64,000 nt of DNA from Felis catus. Lineage: Eukaryota. The notes below the pieces were generated by a model. It saw only the letters and a program-made list of their open reading frames with translations. It had not been told where the DNA came from and made no database searches. The DNA lies in the NCBI RefSeq assembly GCF_018350175.1, contig NC_058368.1, positions 84,198,001 through 84,262,000 on the forward strand. Direction: 5' to 3'. The stretch's first letter is position 1. Every line of letters begins with the position of its first letter. Made by a program: the position numbers and the translations under genes. Of this stretch, positions 50,219 through 64,000 are shown in pieces.

Positions 50219-50999
50219 GCAGGTGACTACACAATCAGAAACCACAGCTGCCTGCAGGGAGGGGCTTCTGGGTCAGGCTGGACTCTGCCCAGCCACAGGG
50301 CCACAGGGAGCTTAATCCTTTGGCAGCTGTGCAGTTGGTCAACTATCTGAGGCCTCCAGAATTTGAGTGCAACTTTGGTTAAGGCCTGCCTTTGGCAAAG
50401 CATGCAAGAAGTAAGATGTGTCTCAGGCATGGTCTTATGTTGGCTGTGGCCCACAGAATGGATTACAGTATCTGTTAATAAGTCACAAGCCTCACATTAT
50501 ACCAGCTTGATAAAGCAGTCACCTTGATTAGCCCATTTACAGATAAGGAAATGAAGGCACAGGAGAGAAACATAAGAGACTTGCCCAAGATCACACAGCT
50601 CAGGCAGAGTCAGAACTCAGAATCAGGCCACATAGAGTCCATGCAGCTTAGGAAAGGGGAGTCAGGCCCCATGGGGCCTCAATAAGTCTCAGAGTCCTTT
50701 AGCCAAGATGAGGGCAAACCCACTGTGCAACCTCACAGGGTAGAGGGGTCACGAAGCCCTTGCTTGCAGCATGTCCTACATGCCTGTGTGAGGGGCCCAC
50801 AAGCATTTCTGCTGCCAGCACCAACACTCGAATTCATCCAGCCTCACCATCAGGGAAGCCACTATTGATAAGAACCTGGGTCAGCACCTCCCAGCAGCCT
50901 CACATTGTGCCATCGATGCTCCTGGCATTGAGAATAAACTGGAGTTACCTGCTCTTTTCTTCTTTCTGCTGTCCCTGCCACCTCAAGACGCATATGCAT

Positions 51000-51106
51000 G
51001 CACATTCATGCACACACTGACATACACACAAACTCAGACATATATTCACACACATCATAAACCACAGACACACACACACAAATATCCATACACACACACA
51101 TACACA

Positions 51107-51154
<48 letters not shown>

Positions 51155-51155
51155 A
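51000..51155. repeat. Imperfect (CA)n microsatellite
   Basis: Direct reading; pure run ~51112-51152. Confidence 0.95.
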
Positions 51156-51221
51156 CATCACACCAACATCCCCAGCCTTCAGTTAAACTTGGAGTTCCCC
51201 GTTCTTGAAAATATCTCTTTG

Positions 51222-51447
51222 TTTTTTAAAAAAAAGTATGTATGTATGTATGTATGTATGTATTTATTTTGAGAGAAAGAGAGAGTGTGAGCCAGGGAGG
51301 AGCAGAAAGAGAGAGAGACAGAGGATCCCAAGCCTTGACCCAGGGCTCCAACTTCAGATGGGGGGCTCCATCTCACAAACCATGAAAACATGACCTGAAC
51401 CAAAATCAAGAGTCAGATGCTTAACTGACTGAGCACCCAGGCATCCT
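51222..51447 (-). mobile_element. Older SINEC with (TATG)n tail
   Basis: SINEC body on minus; tgaaaata on both flanks. Confidence 0.85.
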
Positions 51448-54400
51448 GAAAATACTACTTATCCATTTGACCTACTCTGTCACTCAGCTTTCCCTCCTTT
51501 TCCCAAGCTCATGTTTTCATTCAACAAACATTTTTTTTTTTTTTTGCACTATGCATCAGGTCTGCTCCAAGCATTTGGGAGGTATCTGAGCAAAGAGACA
51601 GAGACTGCCCTCCTTGAGTGTAGTCATGAATGTGAAACAGAAAACATAAAGTGATAAACAAGCAAATTACAGAGTAGATTAGAATGTGGTGACTGCTCTG
51701 ACGAAAAGACAGAGAAAAGCAAAAGCAAAGGTGAAGGACCAAGCATGCTGGGGAACACAGGATTCAATTTTAAATAAGGAGGTCTGCATTGGTCTCATGA
51801 AGAAGGTGAAATTTGGGTCATTTTTGTAAGCAGAGCCTCTGACCTTCCCTTGTTTTCTCTTGCTCTCTCCTACCCTCAGGATGGCTATAACAGCATTTTC
51901 CTAAACAAAGGTAAGTCCCTCCCTAACAGAATTTGTTATGTCTTCACTCCAGCCACCTGGGACACCCCATTAGGAGAGGTGGTAGCAGGAGTAGCCAATG
52001 GGATGTGGTGAAAGAAAAGGCCTATGCATTGGACTTTTCCCAGCCTAAGATGGGGGATTTGAAAGGCACAATAACAGCCCCAGGGACCACTCTGTTAACA
52101 CACTGAAAACTGACAGGAGAATCAGGCTAATCTACATTAATCCTTCTCAGAAGGCACCAGATCCCCAGGAAAATGGGCCAAAGGCAACTAGGAAGGTCTG
52201 GATCTGAATGCAGTCTTTGCCTTTCTTGCCACATAAGTTACTTATTAATCTGCCTCACTGGGCCTGAGTTCCCCAACTATAAAATGGGAACATCAGACCT
52301 CAAAGAAATGCTTGTTTGTTATTTATTTCCTTCTTCATTCCTCACCCCATCCCATTGTGTTGTTTCTAATGTCATATAACAACAATGACATGGGAGGTGG
52401 GGGTTGATCTTGAGTGATTTGGTTGCAGCCCTGGAGCTCAGCTGTACACAGCCATTCACAGCAGTCCTGGATTTGCCCTACCCAAGGTCTAGACAGTATA
52501 TAGATGGGTATCATAAACCCCCTTGACAGATAAGGATGCTGAGCCCCAAAGAGGCCTCTCTGTTAGGCCTTCAGACACCTGGGCCAATATTCTTTCCACT
52601 CCAACACAGCTCATGTAGGGCCAGCCTCGGCCCCAGGGTTGGGAACATTGACCCACCTTCCCTCCTCCCATTCTATTCAATAGTCAGCATGGAACTATCA
52701 GAACTAAAAAGCTGGAATCAGTCACGAAACATTATAAAAACGCACGCCCTAAAGCAGACACTCCTTCTGACTAGCCAAGAAGTCCAGGGACCCAAGAGAA
52801 GAAAGACCTCAACACATAATCTAACTTTTGCTCCTAAATTAAGGACACTGGGCATGCCTCAGGCACCCTTGTTCTATTATCACCTTAGAAGAGAACAAAG
52901 CTGGCTGTCCTCATGACCATTCAGCAGGGGTAAGCTAAAACTCACCCAGATATTGGAGAGCTTCTCTGGGGTGTGAACCTGAAAGCCATGTGGAAAATGG
53001 GTTTCCTAAACTATCAACGAAGCTTGACGATGAGTTCTCAGAGAAGTGCACTCCATTTTAGAATAAATTTGCAGAGGTAGGCAGGGTCAGGGCAGGACAT
53101 CCAGAACAGAAACTCCAATAGGGATCTAAGCCAAAAACTCAGCTAAATGTCCTTCACACATGTTCCACCTGCTCTCCATCTGTGTTTGCTTCAGGGAACT
53201 TTCATTGCCTGGCTTGTTCCTCCAGCTTGAAAACGTGAAAATGAGCTAAAATCATTAAATTATTCTTCCAAGTATTCCTGATCTGCAGACACCACTCAGG
53301 GAAAATGGGAATGCTCTAAGAGATAGGCCTCCCCAATAGTCCATGCCCTGTGCAAGATAACAATCCCTGAGTCTTGGGTTCCCCATCTGTCAAATGGAGA
53401 CAGCAATACCACCTACTTCTTAAGAGCTGTTCTGAGGCTTAAAGGAAATCACTGACATTCTGTATGTACTTATCATGTTGAAAGGGCTCCAAAAATGATG
53501 CTTCCCACTGCTGTCACTTTATGAGCTTACACCAGTGACATCATAGCCCGGGAGAATACACAAAGCCACACAGAGCAGGGGCTAAGATGAAGCCTGACCT
53601 CAGAGTGCTCCTCTGTCACTTACCAATTGATTGAGCTTAAACAGTTCGTTTAAGACTCATTCTCTGAGTCTTGGTTTCTTCACCTGAAAGAAAGGGACAT
53701 CCACAATACCCAATGTGTTACAAAGATTAAGAGGAAAGCCATGATGCTTTTTGCACAATGCATACACTATCATAAATCTAGCCCAAGAACATGTGGCTAT
53801 TATCATTAATTTAGTCACTCAAAGTTTACCTGGTCTTCCTTTGTGGCAGGCAACCTGTCTAGTACTAAATAAATAATTATCTCAGGAAATTTTCAACAAG
53901 ACCATTTCCCAATAGACTCCTGGCTCTAAATCAAGGCCTTTTGAAAGAATTGTTGCATCCAACATTATATAAAATCAGTTTGTTTGCATGATCTACTCTT
54001 GTGGACCTCCACTGGACTGATGAGGAAAACAAAACCCAACAGACAGGCCTGGCTTGACACCTGGCTACACCACTTATCAGGTCTGTAAACTTGTTTAAAA
54101 TTCTCAGCATCTCCATCAAAACAAAAGGAGAAAAATGTCTATTTCACACAGATACTGACTCACATAGTGGCTGACACACAAAAAGCACTAAATTAAAATG
54201 GATGCCCTTTTCCCCAAATCCTTTTTCTGACAATTAAGACCTAAATGTCCTCATTTATTCAAGAAAATATATGTTAGTGCCTTTATGCCAAGCTCTGGAT
54301 AGTGGGAATACAAAGCCCTTGCCCTCCCTAAGATTTAAGCTGATAACAACTACAAACAAACAAGAAAACATTTTTTTAATACAAGTAAACAGGCAAATAA

Positions 54401-56304
54401 AGATAATTGCAAATCGAAGACTTGAGATGGAAACAAAATGGTAGCTGAGATAGGAAAGAATTGGGTTAAGTCAGGGAGACATCTCTGATAAGTGAGAAAG
54501 AACCATGCAAAGGCAAGGAGGTCAGATGGCTCCCAGAAGAGGACAAAAAGCATGATCAAAAAAGGGCTCTTTGGTGAAAGACATGCCTTGTTTAAGGGAC
54601 TGAGCAGAGGAACACCAGTTTATGGAAGAATCACAAGGTTAGTATTCACCCCCTCCTGAGCTCACTTCAATATTTTATGTTGGTTCTTACAAGAAGCTTA
54701 GATTAGGTGCAAAGAGCACTAGACTTGTTGGCAGGATATGGGTGTTCAAAGTTAGTTTTGTAATTTACTAGCTATTATGTTAACTTTTCTCCATGAATCA
54801 CAACTTCCTTATCTATAAGATGGTAAAATTAGTAATAACTACCGAGAAGAAAATGGATGGTGACCTCCCGCCCTCATCTACAAAACATAAAGAGAAATAA
54901 TTCTCCACTGACTACATCATTTCTAACAAATGAGGTAGGTGAGCCAGACTAACAAACATCCCTTAAACATCATGCCAAGGTTATTGCGTCCATGTGGAAT
55001 AGAGTCAAAGTCATGTTGACAGGAAGATGTGCTTTCTTTATATAAGACTGAATTACATTGTCTTGGGAAGAATATTAACACCCACTTTTGCCCTCTGAGT
55101 AATGAGTGAGGTAAACTGCAGGTACTTCCACTATTGAGGAGTCTGAACTGGATCTGTTTACCTACCTCCCTTCTCATCCTTCCACTCTTCAGAACCAGAA
55201 ACGCTGGACAGAAAATGGCCTCCATTAGCAGCTGTTCAGAGCCCAAAGTGATGGTACTGGGGAGACTCCTGAAAGAAACAAAGCATGAGGTAGTTCATGT
55301 CTCTTGGTATTCAGTGGAGTTGAATTTCTCTGGAGAATGGGAAGTGGGGAAAGAAAGTAGAAGAGTGGAGCCTTCATTAAAAGAGAAAGAGGTATGGAAA
55401 TTAGGGAGAGGTGAGGAGAGATAGACACAGAAGAAAAAAGGATAATTCAGGACCTTCCTTCCCTCCTTCTGCCTCCTCTGTGAGGCCCAGGACAAAAGTG
55501 AGTTGACTCAGGATCTTTCTAGATGTAGCTCTCTGCTGCTTCCCACCAATCTGTCACAGAATACTCCTCCACCAATAGGCAAAACTGGCCAATTTCATTA
55601 AAGTGTGATAAATAGTTTCCAATCACTCTGATGGTGATAGTGATGACAAATGATAGTGCTGTTTTGTAGTGTGTATGTTTTTCTTTTACTATACTTTCTT
55701 TTAAAAAATAAAATATAGAAACCCTATGGAAGTTCCAGATGTTTGTTTGAGAGTCTAGGACATGAAACTCATTCTTCTGTTCAGCCAACATGTTCTAAAA
55801 ACAGCATCTAGAATGGAGAAGAGTTAGGAAAGACTGTCAGGACTAAAGGAAGGGGAAAAAAAGTACAAAGGCAGCTGAAAACAGACAAGTCATGAGACTA
55901 TCTCCTGTAGCTTGCTTCCAAGGCTGTGTCTATTAACTCATGGGTATAAGGACAGGATTTCCATGTCCTTGTGACTCATTCAAATGGAATGTTTATTTAG
56001 GAATATGATACCATTTAAGACATATTAAATGAGCTATTAAAGGATGAAACTATGAAAAGTCTATATTGATGTTGGTGACAATAATAGTGTATGGAACATA
56101 AAGCTGGTTTCTATTTCTGGTTCTCATGGGCTGCGCGACTTTGTCCCATGTCATCCCCCTTTTTGTACCCCAGGAAAGTACTATAAGTGAAGAATTCAGT
56201 CTAGTTTCAAGTGTATTATTCTAACAGAGCTAACCATTCTGGGGCTTCAGACCCCAGAGTTCAAGTCTTTTCTCTGAATTCAAATGCAGTCATTAAGATT
56301 AAGA

Positions 56305-58232
56305 AGATGGGAAAAGTTAAGATGGTAGAGTAGGAGGAGGACCCTATGCTTGCCTTATCACTTTAACATAGCTAGATAAATATCAAATCATTCTGAACAC
56401 ACAAGAAATCAATCTTAGAACTGAGAGACAAGACTCTACAACAAGAGGGAGAGAAGAGGCTACATTGTGGAAGGTTAGTAGGTGTAGAGATGTGATTTTG
56501 GGGAGAAAAGGGTTGTGGCTGCTATGGAGGGGAAGGACTCCTGATCATGGACAGAGGAGAAAGAAAGAGACAGAGAGAGACAGAGAGACAGAGAGAAGTG
56601 CACAGAGGATTGCACAGAAAAAACACTTTCCCAAAATCATTGTTTAGGAAAACTAGAAGGGCTGATTAGCATGAGGCTTTACAGCCAGTAAAGCTCAAAG
56701 ACTGACATTTCAAGTCTGCCATGGCTGGGTGGAACCTAGAGGGTGCATTGGTGCTCCTGTGGAAAAGGAAGGTAAAGGCCTGGGAGCAGAAAAGGCAATT
56801 TGAGGGTACCTTGGGACACACTAGAAGACAAGTTACCCCCTTATTGGAACACATCTGGGAGAGGTGGCACTGCCTCTAAGGGGGCAAAAGAGCTGTTATG
56901 TGTTATTGTACTGCCCAGTCCCTTAGCATAGGGGCAGAGACACCTGCTGGGGGCAGCTAACCTGGACACTGGGTTTTTGCTGCATATTATACACCAAGAT
57001 CCTGCTAGATGGTATGACTGCTCTTCTGGGACAAATACACACTAGCCCCAGCAGAGCAACACCTTCACCAGAGGATCAGCATGGGGTCTGGGCCAGGTCC
57101 CTAAATTTGGAGTTTGAAACACAGTCAGCATGCCTGAGATAAAACACAGTTGTACTATGCTTCCATGTGGGCAGATTGCCTGTACATAGAGTGAAGGCAG
57201 GCATCTGGGACATTAGGGAAGAAAATTCAGTCTTCTATAAGGGCTTCCCAAACAGCAGCATGCACCAACTCCCCTCTCCAGGAACAAGGAAGAGAGCTGT
57301 TACCATTTTTCTCTTCTGTCCATCAGCATGAACTGACATCAGGGAGCAACACAGCACTAATAGTGGAGGCCTGAGCTGCCTACACCATATCCCACCCCCT
57401 GCATTCTGCAGGTGCTAAAGCAAGTGTGTCTGAGAAAAAGAGCAATGGTCCCCTCCACAAGAAGACCAGCAACCCCCCCCACACACACACACCAAGTCTA
57501 CTGACCATAAAGTGCTACAAAGTTTCAGCTCTAGTCAAAATAGGATTAGAACTCTTTCAACAAGCAAATAAGAGCATACATAGTTAAAACTCACCACACA
57601 CTATCCACAGGAGACAAGGAGAAAACCTACAGAGGCCTAACTGAGGAAAAGAGCAACCAAAACACAGCACAGAGTGCACACAGCATACACCAGCATACAC
57701 CAGAAACATTTCCTGAAATGCCAGGTCCTGGACAGTATAAGACTCTTCTTAACAAAGTCATTACTCTCAGGAGCAGGAAACAAAATGGGATTTCCTAACA
57801 CAGAGAAGAAGACAGAAACCTAGACAAATGCCAAGAGGAAGGAATACATCCCAAAAGAAAGGACAAGCGGAGGGCATGGCCAGGGATCAAATAAAAACAG
57901 ATATAAGTAATATGCCTGAGCCAGAATTTAACAACAATCATAGGTGTACTTAGGTGGTTCAGTTGGTTAAGCATCAGACTTCAGCCCAGGTCATGATCTC
58001 ACAGTTTGAGTTTGAACTCCACTACAGGCTTTGCATTGACAATGTGGAGACTGATTGGTATTCTCTCTCCCTCTCTCTCTGCCCCTTCCCCATGCATGCT
58101 CTCTCTCTCTCAAAATAAATAAATAAACTTAAAAAATACAAAAAAATATAAACAACAACCATAAGGATATATAGAAGACTTCAGGGAGTTCCTTATGGCA
58201 GAGATAAAAGACATAAAAACTAGTCAGGCCAA
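56305..58232 (+). mobile_element. Older carnivore L1 5' region and start of ORF1, cut by the antisense L1 at 58235; contains a SINEC at ~57943-58150
   Basis: aagatgg..gagtaggaggaggaccct L1-like start; ORF1-like start near 57828 (MPRGRNTSQKK) followed by ..PEPEF.. and ..MAEIKDIKTSQAK. Confidence 0.7.
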
Positions 58233-58234
58233 AA

Positions 58235-61200
58235 TTTAATTTAATTTAATTTAATTTAATTTAATTTAATTTAGTTTATTAATTAATTTAATTTAATTTA
58301 ATTTAATTTTTTTATTTTAATATAATCTATTGTCAAATTGGCTAACATACAATGTGTATAGTGTGCTCTTGGCTTTGGTGCTCATCCCAACAGGTGCCCT
58401 CCACAATACCCATCACGTATGTTCCACTCTCCCCCACACCCATCAATCCTCTGTGTGTTCTCTGTATTCAAGAGTCTCTTATGGTTTGCCTCCCTCCCTC
58501 TCAGTTTGTAACTATTTTTCCCCTTCTCTCCCCCATAGTCTTCTGTTAAGTTTTTCAAGTTCCACATATGAGTAAAAACATATGATATGTGTATTTCACT
58601 GACTGACTTATTTCACTTAGCATAATACCTTCTACTTCCACACACACTGCTGCAAATGTCCAGATTGCATTCTTTCTCATTGCCAAGTAGTATTCCATTG
58701 CATATATAAACCACATTTTCTTTACCCATTCATCATTTGATGGATATTTAGGCTCTTTCCATAATTTGGCTATTGTTGAAAGTGCTGCTATAAACATTGG
58801 GGTACATGTGCCTCTATGCATCAGCACTCCTATATTCTTTGGGTAGATTTGTAGCAGTGTTATTGCTGGGTCATAGTGGAATTCTATTTTTAATTTTTTG
58901 AGGAACCTCCACACTGTTTTCAGGAGCAGCTACACCAATTTGCATTCCCACCAACAGTGTAAGAGGGTTTCCATTTCTCCAAATTCTGGCCAGCATCCGT
59001 TGTTTACTGAGTTGTTGATTTTAGCCACTCTGACCAGTGTGAGGTGATATCTCAGTGTGGTTTTGATTTGTATTTCCCTGATGATGAGTGACACTGAGCA
59101 TGGTTTCATATGTCTGATGGCCATCTGGATGCCTTCTTTGGAAAAGTGTCTAGTCATGTCTTCTGCCCATTTCTCCACTGGATTATTTGGTTTTTTTTTT
59201 TTGGATGTTGAGTTTGGTAAATTCTTTATGGATTTCGGATACTAATCTTTTATCCAATATGTCATTTGCAAATATATTTTCCCATTATGTCTGTTGCCTT
59301 TTGGTTTTGTTGATTGCTTCCTTCACAGTGCAGAAGCTTTTTATCTTCATGAGGTCCTAATAGTTCATTTTTGCTTTTAAGTCCCTTGCCTTTGGAGATG
59401 TGTCAAGCAAGAAATTGCTGCAGCTGAGGTAAAAAAGTTGTTTGCTTTCCCCTCTAGGGTTTTGATTGTTTCCTGTCTCACATTTAGGTCCTTCATCCAT
59501 TTTGAGTTTATTTTTTATTATGGTGTAAGAAAGTGGTTTAGTTTCATATCTTCTGCATGTTGCTGTCCAGTTCTCCCAACACCATTGTTAAAGAGACTGT
59601 CTTTTTTCCATTGGATACTCTTTCCTGCTTTATTAAAGATTAGTTTGCCATACTTTTGTGGGTCCAATTCTGGAGTCTCTATTCTATTCCATTGGTCTAT
59701 GTGTCTGTTTTTGTGCCAATACCATGCTGTCTTGATGATTACAGCTTTGTAGTAGAGGCTAAAGTCTGGGATTGTGATGCCTCCCGCTTTGGGTCTTCTC
59801 TTTCAATATTACTTTGGCTTTTTGGGGTCTTTTATGGTTCCATACAAATTTTAGGACTGTTTGTTCTAACTTTGAGAAGGATACTGGTGCAATTTTGATT
59901 GGGATTGCATTGAATGTGTAGATTGCTTTGGGTACTATTGACATTTTAAAATATTTACTCTTCCAATTCATGAGCCTGAAATGTTTTTTCCATTTCTTTA
60001 TGTCTTTCTCAATTTCCTTTATAAGTTTTCTAAAGTTTTCAGCATACAGATCTTTTACATCTTTGGTTAAGTTCATTCCTAGGTATTTTATAGTTCTTGG
60101 TGTGATTGTAAATAGGATCGATTTCTTGATTTCTCTGTTACTTTATTATTGGTGTATAGAAATGGAACTAAATTCTGTACCTTGATTTTGTATCCTGCAA
60201 CTTTGCTGAATATATGTGTGAGTTCTAGCAGCTTTTTGGTAGAGTATTTTGCTTTTTCAATGTAGAGTATCATGTCATCTGAGAAAAGTGAAAGTTTGAC
60301 TTCTTCTTTGCCAATTTTGATGTCTTTTATTTCACTTTGTTGTCTGCTGATGCTGCGACTTCCAAAACTCTGAAACAACAATGGTGAGAATGGACACCCC
60401 TGTCATGTTTCTGATCTCACAGGGAAAGCTCTCAGTTTTTCCGCATTGAGGATGATATTAGCAGTGCGCTTTTCATCTATGGCTTTTATTATGTTTAGGT
60501 ATGTTCCTTCTATTCTGACTTTCTGTGGGGGGGGCGGTTATGAAGAAAGGATGCTGTATTTTGTTAAATGCTTTTTTCTGCATCTATTGACAGGATCATT
60601 TGGTTCTTATCTTTTCTTTTATTAATGTGATGTGTCACATTGATTAATTTGTGAATATTGAACCAGCTCTGCAGCTCAGGATGAATCCCACTTGATCATG
60701 GTGAAAAATTATTTTTATATGCTGTTGAATTTGCTTTGCTAGTATCTTGTTGAGAATTTTTGCATCCATTTTCATCAGGGATATTGGCCTGTAATTCTCC
60801 TTTTTCGTGGGGTCTCTGTCTGGTTTGGGAATCAAGATAATGCTGGCTTCGTAGAATGAGTCTGGAAGCTTTCCTTCTGTTTCTATTTTTTGGAACAGCT
60901 TGAAAAGGATATTATTAACTCTGCTTTAAATGTCTGGTAGAATTCCCCAGGGAAGCCGTCTGGTCCAGGACTCTTATTCATTGGGCGATTTTGGATAACA
61001 GGTTCCATATCTTTCTTGTTATTGGTCTGTTTAAATTTTCTATTTCTTCCCCTTTGAGTTTTGGTAGTGTGTGGGTGTCTAGAAATTTGTCCATTTCTTC
61101 CAGGTTGTCCAGTTTGTTGGCATATAATTTTTCATCGTATTTTCTGATATTTGTTTATATTTCTGAGGAATTATTTGCAATAAGTCCATTTTCATTCGGG

Positions 61201-64000
61201 ATTTTATTTCGTTTGATCCTCTCTATTTTCTGTTTGAGAAGTCTGGCTAGGGGGTTATCAATTTTGTTTATTTTTTCAAAAAAAACCCCACATCTCTTGC
61301 TTTCATCGATCTGTTCTCCTGTTTTTGTTTATTCTTTGATTCTATATTGTTTATTTCTGCTCTGATCTTTATTATTTCTCTTCTTCTGCTGGCCTTGGGG
61401 TTTCTTTGCTGTTCTGCTTCTAGTTCCCTTAGATGTGCTGCTAGAGTTTGTGTTTGGGATTTTTCTTGTTTCTTGAGAAAGGCCTGGATTGCAACGTATT
61501 TTCCTCTTAGGACTGCCTTTGCTGCATCCCAAAGCATTTGTACTGTCATGTTTTCATTTTAATTTGTTTCCATATATGTTTTAATTCTTCCTTAATTGCC
61601 TGGTTGACCAATCCATTCTTTAGTAGAATGTTCTGTAACCTCCATGCATTTGGAGGTTTTGTAAACCTTTTCCTGTGTTTGATTTCAAGTTTAATAGCAT
61701 TGTGATCTGAAAACATGCATGATCTCAATTCTTTCAAATTTATTGAGGGCTGTTTTATGACCCAGTATGTGATCTATCTTGGAGAATGTTCCATGTGCAC
61801 TCAAGAAGAATGTGTATTCTGCTGCTTTAGAATGAAAAGCTCTGAATACATCTCTCAAGTCCATCTGGTCCAGTGTGTCATTCAGGGCCATTGTTTCTTT
61901 ATTGATTTTCTATCTATGTTATATGCCCATTGTTGTAAGTGGAGTATTAAAGTCCCCTGCAATTACTACCTTGTTACAAATAAGATTGCTATGTTTGTGA
62001 TTTATGGTTTTATATATTTGGGTGCTTCTGAATTTGGTGCATAGACATTTATAATTGCTAGCTCTTCTTGATGAATAGACCCCATAATTATGATATAATG
62101 CCCTTCTTCATCTCTTGTTACAACCTTTAGTTTCAAATATAGTTTGTATGATATAAGTATGGCTACTCCAGCTTTCTTTTGACTTCCAGTAGCATGATAG
62201 ATGATTCCCCACCCTCTCACTTTCAATCTGAAGGTGTTCTTGGGTCTAAAATGGATCTCTTGTAGATATCAAATAGATGTGTCTTATTTTTTTTTATCCA
62301 TTCAGATACCCTATATCTTTTGACTGGAGCATTTAGTCCATTTAGATTCAGTGTTATTATTTAAAGATATGGGTTTAGAGTCATTGTGTTATCTGTAGGT
62401 TTCATGCTTGTAATGATGTCTCTGGTCCTTTGTGGTCCTTGCAATGTTCCATCCTCAGGATTTCTTGTAAGGCTGGTTTATTGGTGATGAATTCCTTCAG
62501 TTTTTGTTTGTCTTGGAAAACATTTATCTATCCTTCTATTCTGAGTGACAGCCATGCTAGATAAAGGATCCTTGGCTGAATATTTTTCCTATTCACAACA
62601 TTGAATATTTTCTGCCACTCCCTTCTGGACTGCCATCGGTCTACTACTCCCCTTATGTGTATAACCTTGTAAGTTAAGGCCCATTTGTCCCTAGCTGCTC
62701 TCAGAATTCTCTTTATCTGTATTTTGCCAGGTTCACTATGATATGTCATGCAAAAGATCGATTCTTTTTATGTATGAAGAGCATTCTCTGTACCTCCTGC
62801 ATTTTGATGTCTGTTTCCTTCCCCAGATTGGGGAAGTTCTTAGTTATGATTTGTTCAAGTATACTTTCCATCCTTTTCTCTCTCTTTCTACTTCCAGAAC
62901 TCCTATGATATGGATATTATTACATTTCATTGAATCACATAGTTCTCTAATTCTCATCTCATGGTCCAGAATTTTTTTCTCTCTCTTTTTCTCACCTTTC
63001 TCTTTTTTCATAATTTTATCTTCTATTTTGCTTAATCCCCCCCTGCCTCTTCAATACTCACTGTGATGGCAGCTAGTTTATTTTGCCCCTCATTTACAGC
63101 ATTTTTATTTTTTTTTATTTTTATTTTTTTTTTAATTTTTTTTTCAACGTTTATTTATTTTTGGGACAGAGAGAGACAGAGCATGAATGGGGGAGGGGCA
63201 GAGAGAGAGGGAGACACAAAATCGGAAACAGGCTCCAGGCTCTGAGCCATCAGCCCAGAGCCTGACGCGGGGCTCGAACTCACGGACCGCGAGATCGTGA
63301 CCTGGCTGAAGTCGGACGCTTAACCGACTGCGCCACCCAGGCGCCCCAGCATTTTTAATTCATCATGACTATTTTTTAGTTCCTTGATCTCTGCAGCTAT
63401 AGATTCTCTACTGTCTTCTATTCCTTTTCAAACCCAGCTATTAATCTTATGACTATTATACTGAATTCTTATTTAGTTATATTGTTTATATCTGTTTTGA
63501 TCAATTCTTTAGCTATCATTTCTTCCTGGAATTTCTTTTGAAGAGAATTCTTCCATTTCATCATTCTGGCTAGTTTTCTTTCTCTTGTGTGTTTTAAAAG
63601 CTTTTTATGTACCCTGCACCTGTGAGCACTACTATATTAAAGAGGGGTCATACACTGTCCAGGATCTGGCCATTCAAGAGGTGTTTTTGGAGAATGTTAC
63701 TTGCTCTCTTTTGTTGTGACTTTGTTTGCTTTATCTCCCTACTCTTACTGATGTTTTGGACCCTCCATCAGGTGTGTTTTGATTTGTTCATTGAAGCAGC
63801 TCTGGAAAGGAAAACAAGCAAATAAAGCCAAAACAAACAAATAATAAAAATTTAAAAACAAAAACAAAAAACAAAAAACACCAGCTACAACTCAACCACA
63901 GGGTGGGGGTGGTGTTAATGGAAGGGGCCTTGTCCCATACAAACAGAGAAATGACAAGGGTAGGGAAAAAGAAAAGAAAAGAAACTTCACCAGACAGAGA
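58235..64000 (-). mobile_element. Near full-length inactivated felid L1; 5' end runs out of the window; (TTAAA)n tail at ~58235-58310
   Basis: ORF2 peptides in order on minus (EN ORFs 62002/61691, [13 protein letters not shown] in ORF 60088, C-terminus ORF 58555); ORF1 QPRILY in ORF 62528; ORF1 start near 63560. Confidence 0.95.
63108..63347 (-). mobile_element. Young felid SINEC inserted in L1 ORF1
   Basis: TSD agcattttta at 63098-63107 and 63348-63357; CpGs intact. Confidence 0.95.

Noticed and set aside
1384..63825. Most other ORFs in the track, including IYIY, KERK and CVCV/HTHT peptides
   Set aside because: They are sense or antisense translations of L1s, SINEs and microsatellites with no independent gene structure.
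1..64000. CRISPR arrays, operons or other prokaryotic-type systems
   Set aside because: No repeat-spacer arrays or dense coding blocks; the window is intron- and retroelement-rich mammalian DNA.

Overview
Mammalian genomic DNA from a felid, most likely cat: the young tRNA-derived SINEs match the cat SINEC/CanSINE type and the L1s are carnivore-type. The window holds one intact protein-coding gene, LYPD8, on the minus strand. It has five coding exons in 39842-47885 giving a predicted 256-aa two-LU-domain GPI-anchored glycoprotein, plus a TATA box and a non-coding first exon near 50.2 kb. About 39 kb downstream is a single splice-intact exon (850-981, minus) of a second, RoBo-1-like LY6/uPAR paralog. 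I could not find its upstream exons; a TSD-less SINE that cuts off an L1 at ~2.5 kb suggests a SINE-SINE recombination deletion removed them. The intergenic DNA is a deep nest of retroposed sequence. It includes an old TAB2 processed pseudogene split by a MaLR LTR, a SCOC processed pseudogene inside an L1, a full-length L1 inside that older L1, two young solo ERV LTRs with clean 5-bp TSDs, and ~19 SINEs. Gene and repeat names come from recalled sequences, not database searches. Repeat boundaries without quoted TSDs are approximate. I found no new multi-gene system; the novelty candidates are evolutionary and regulatory.
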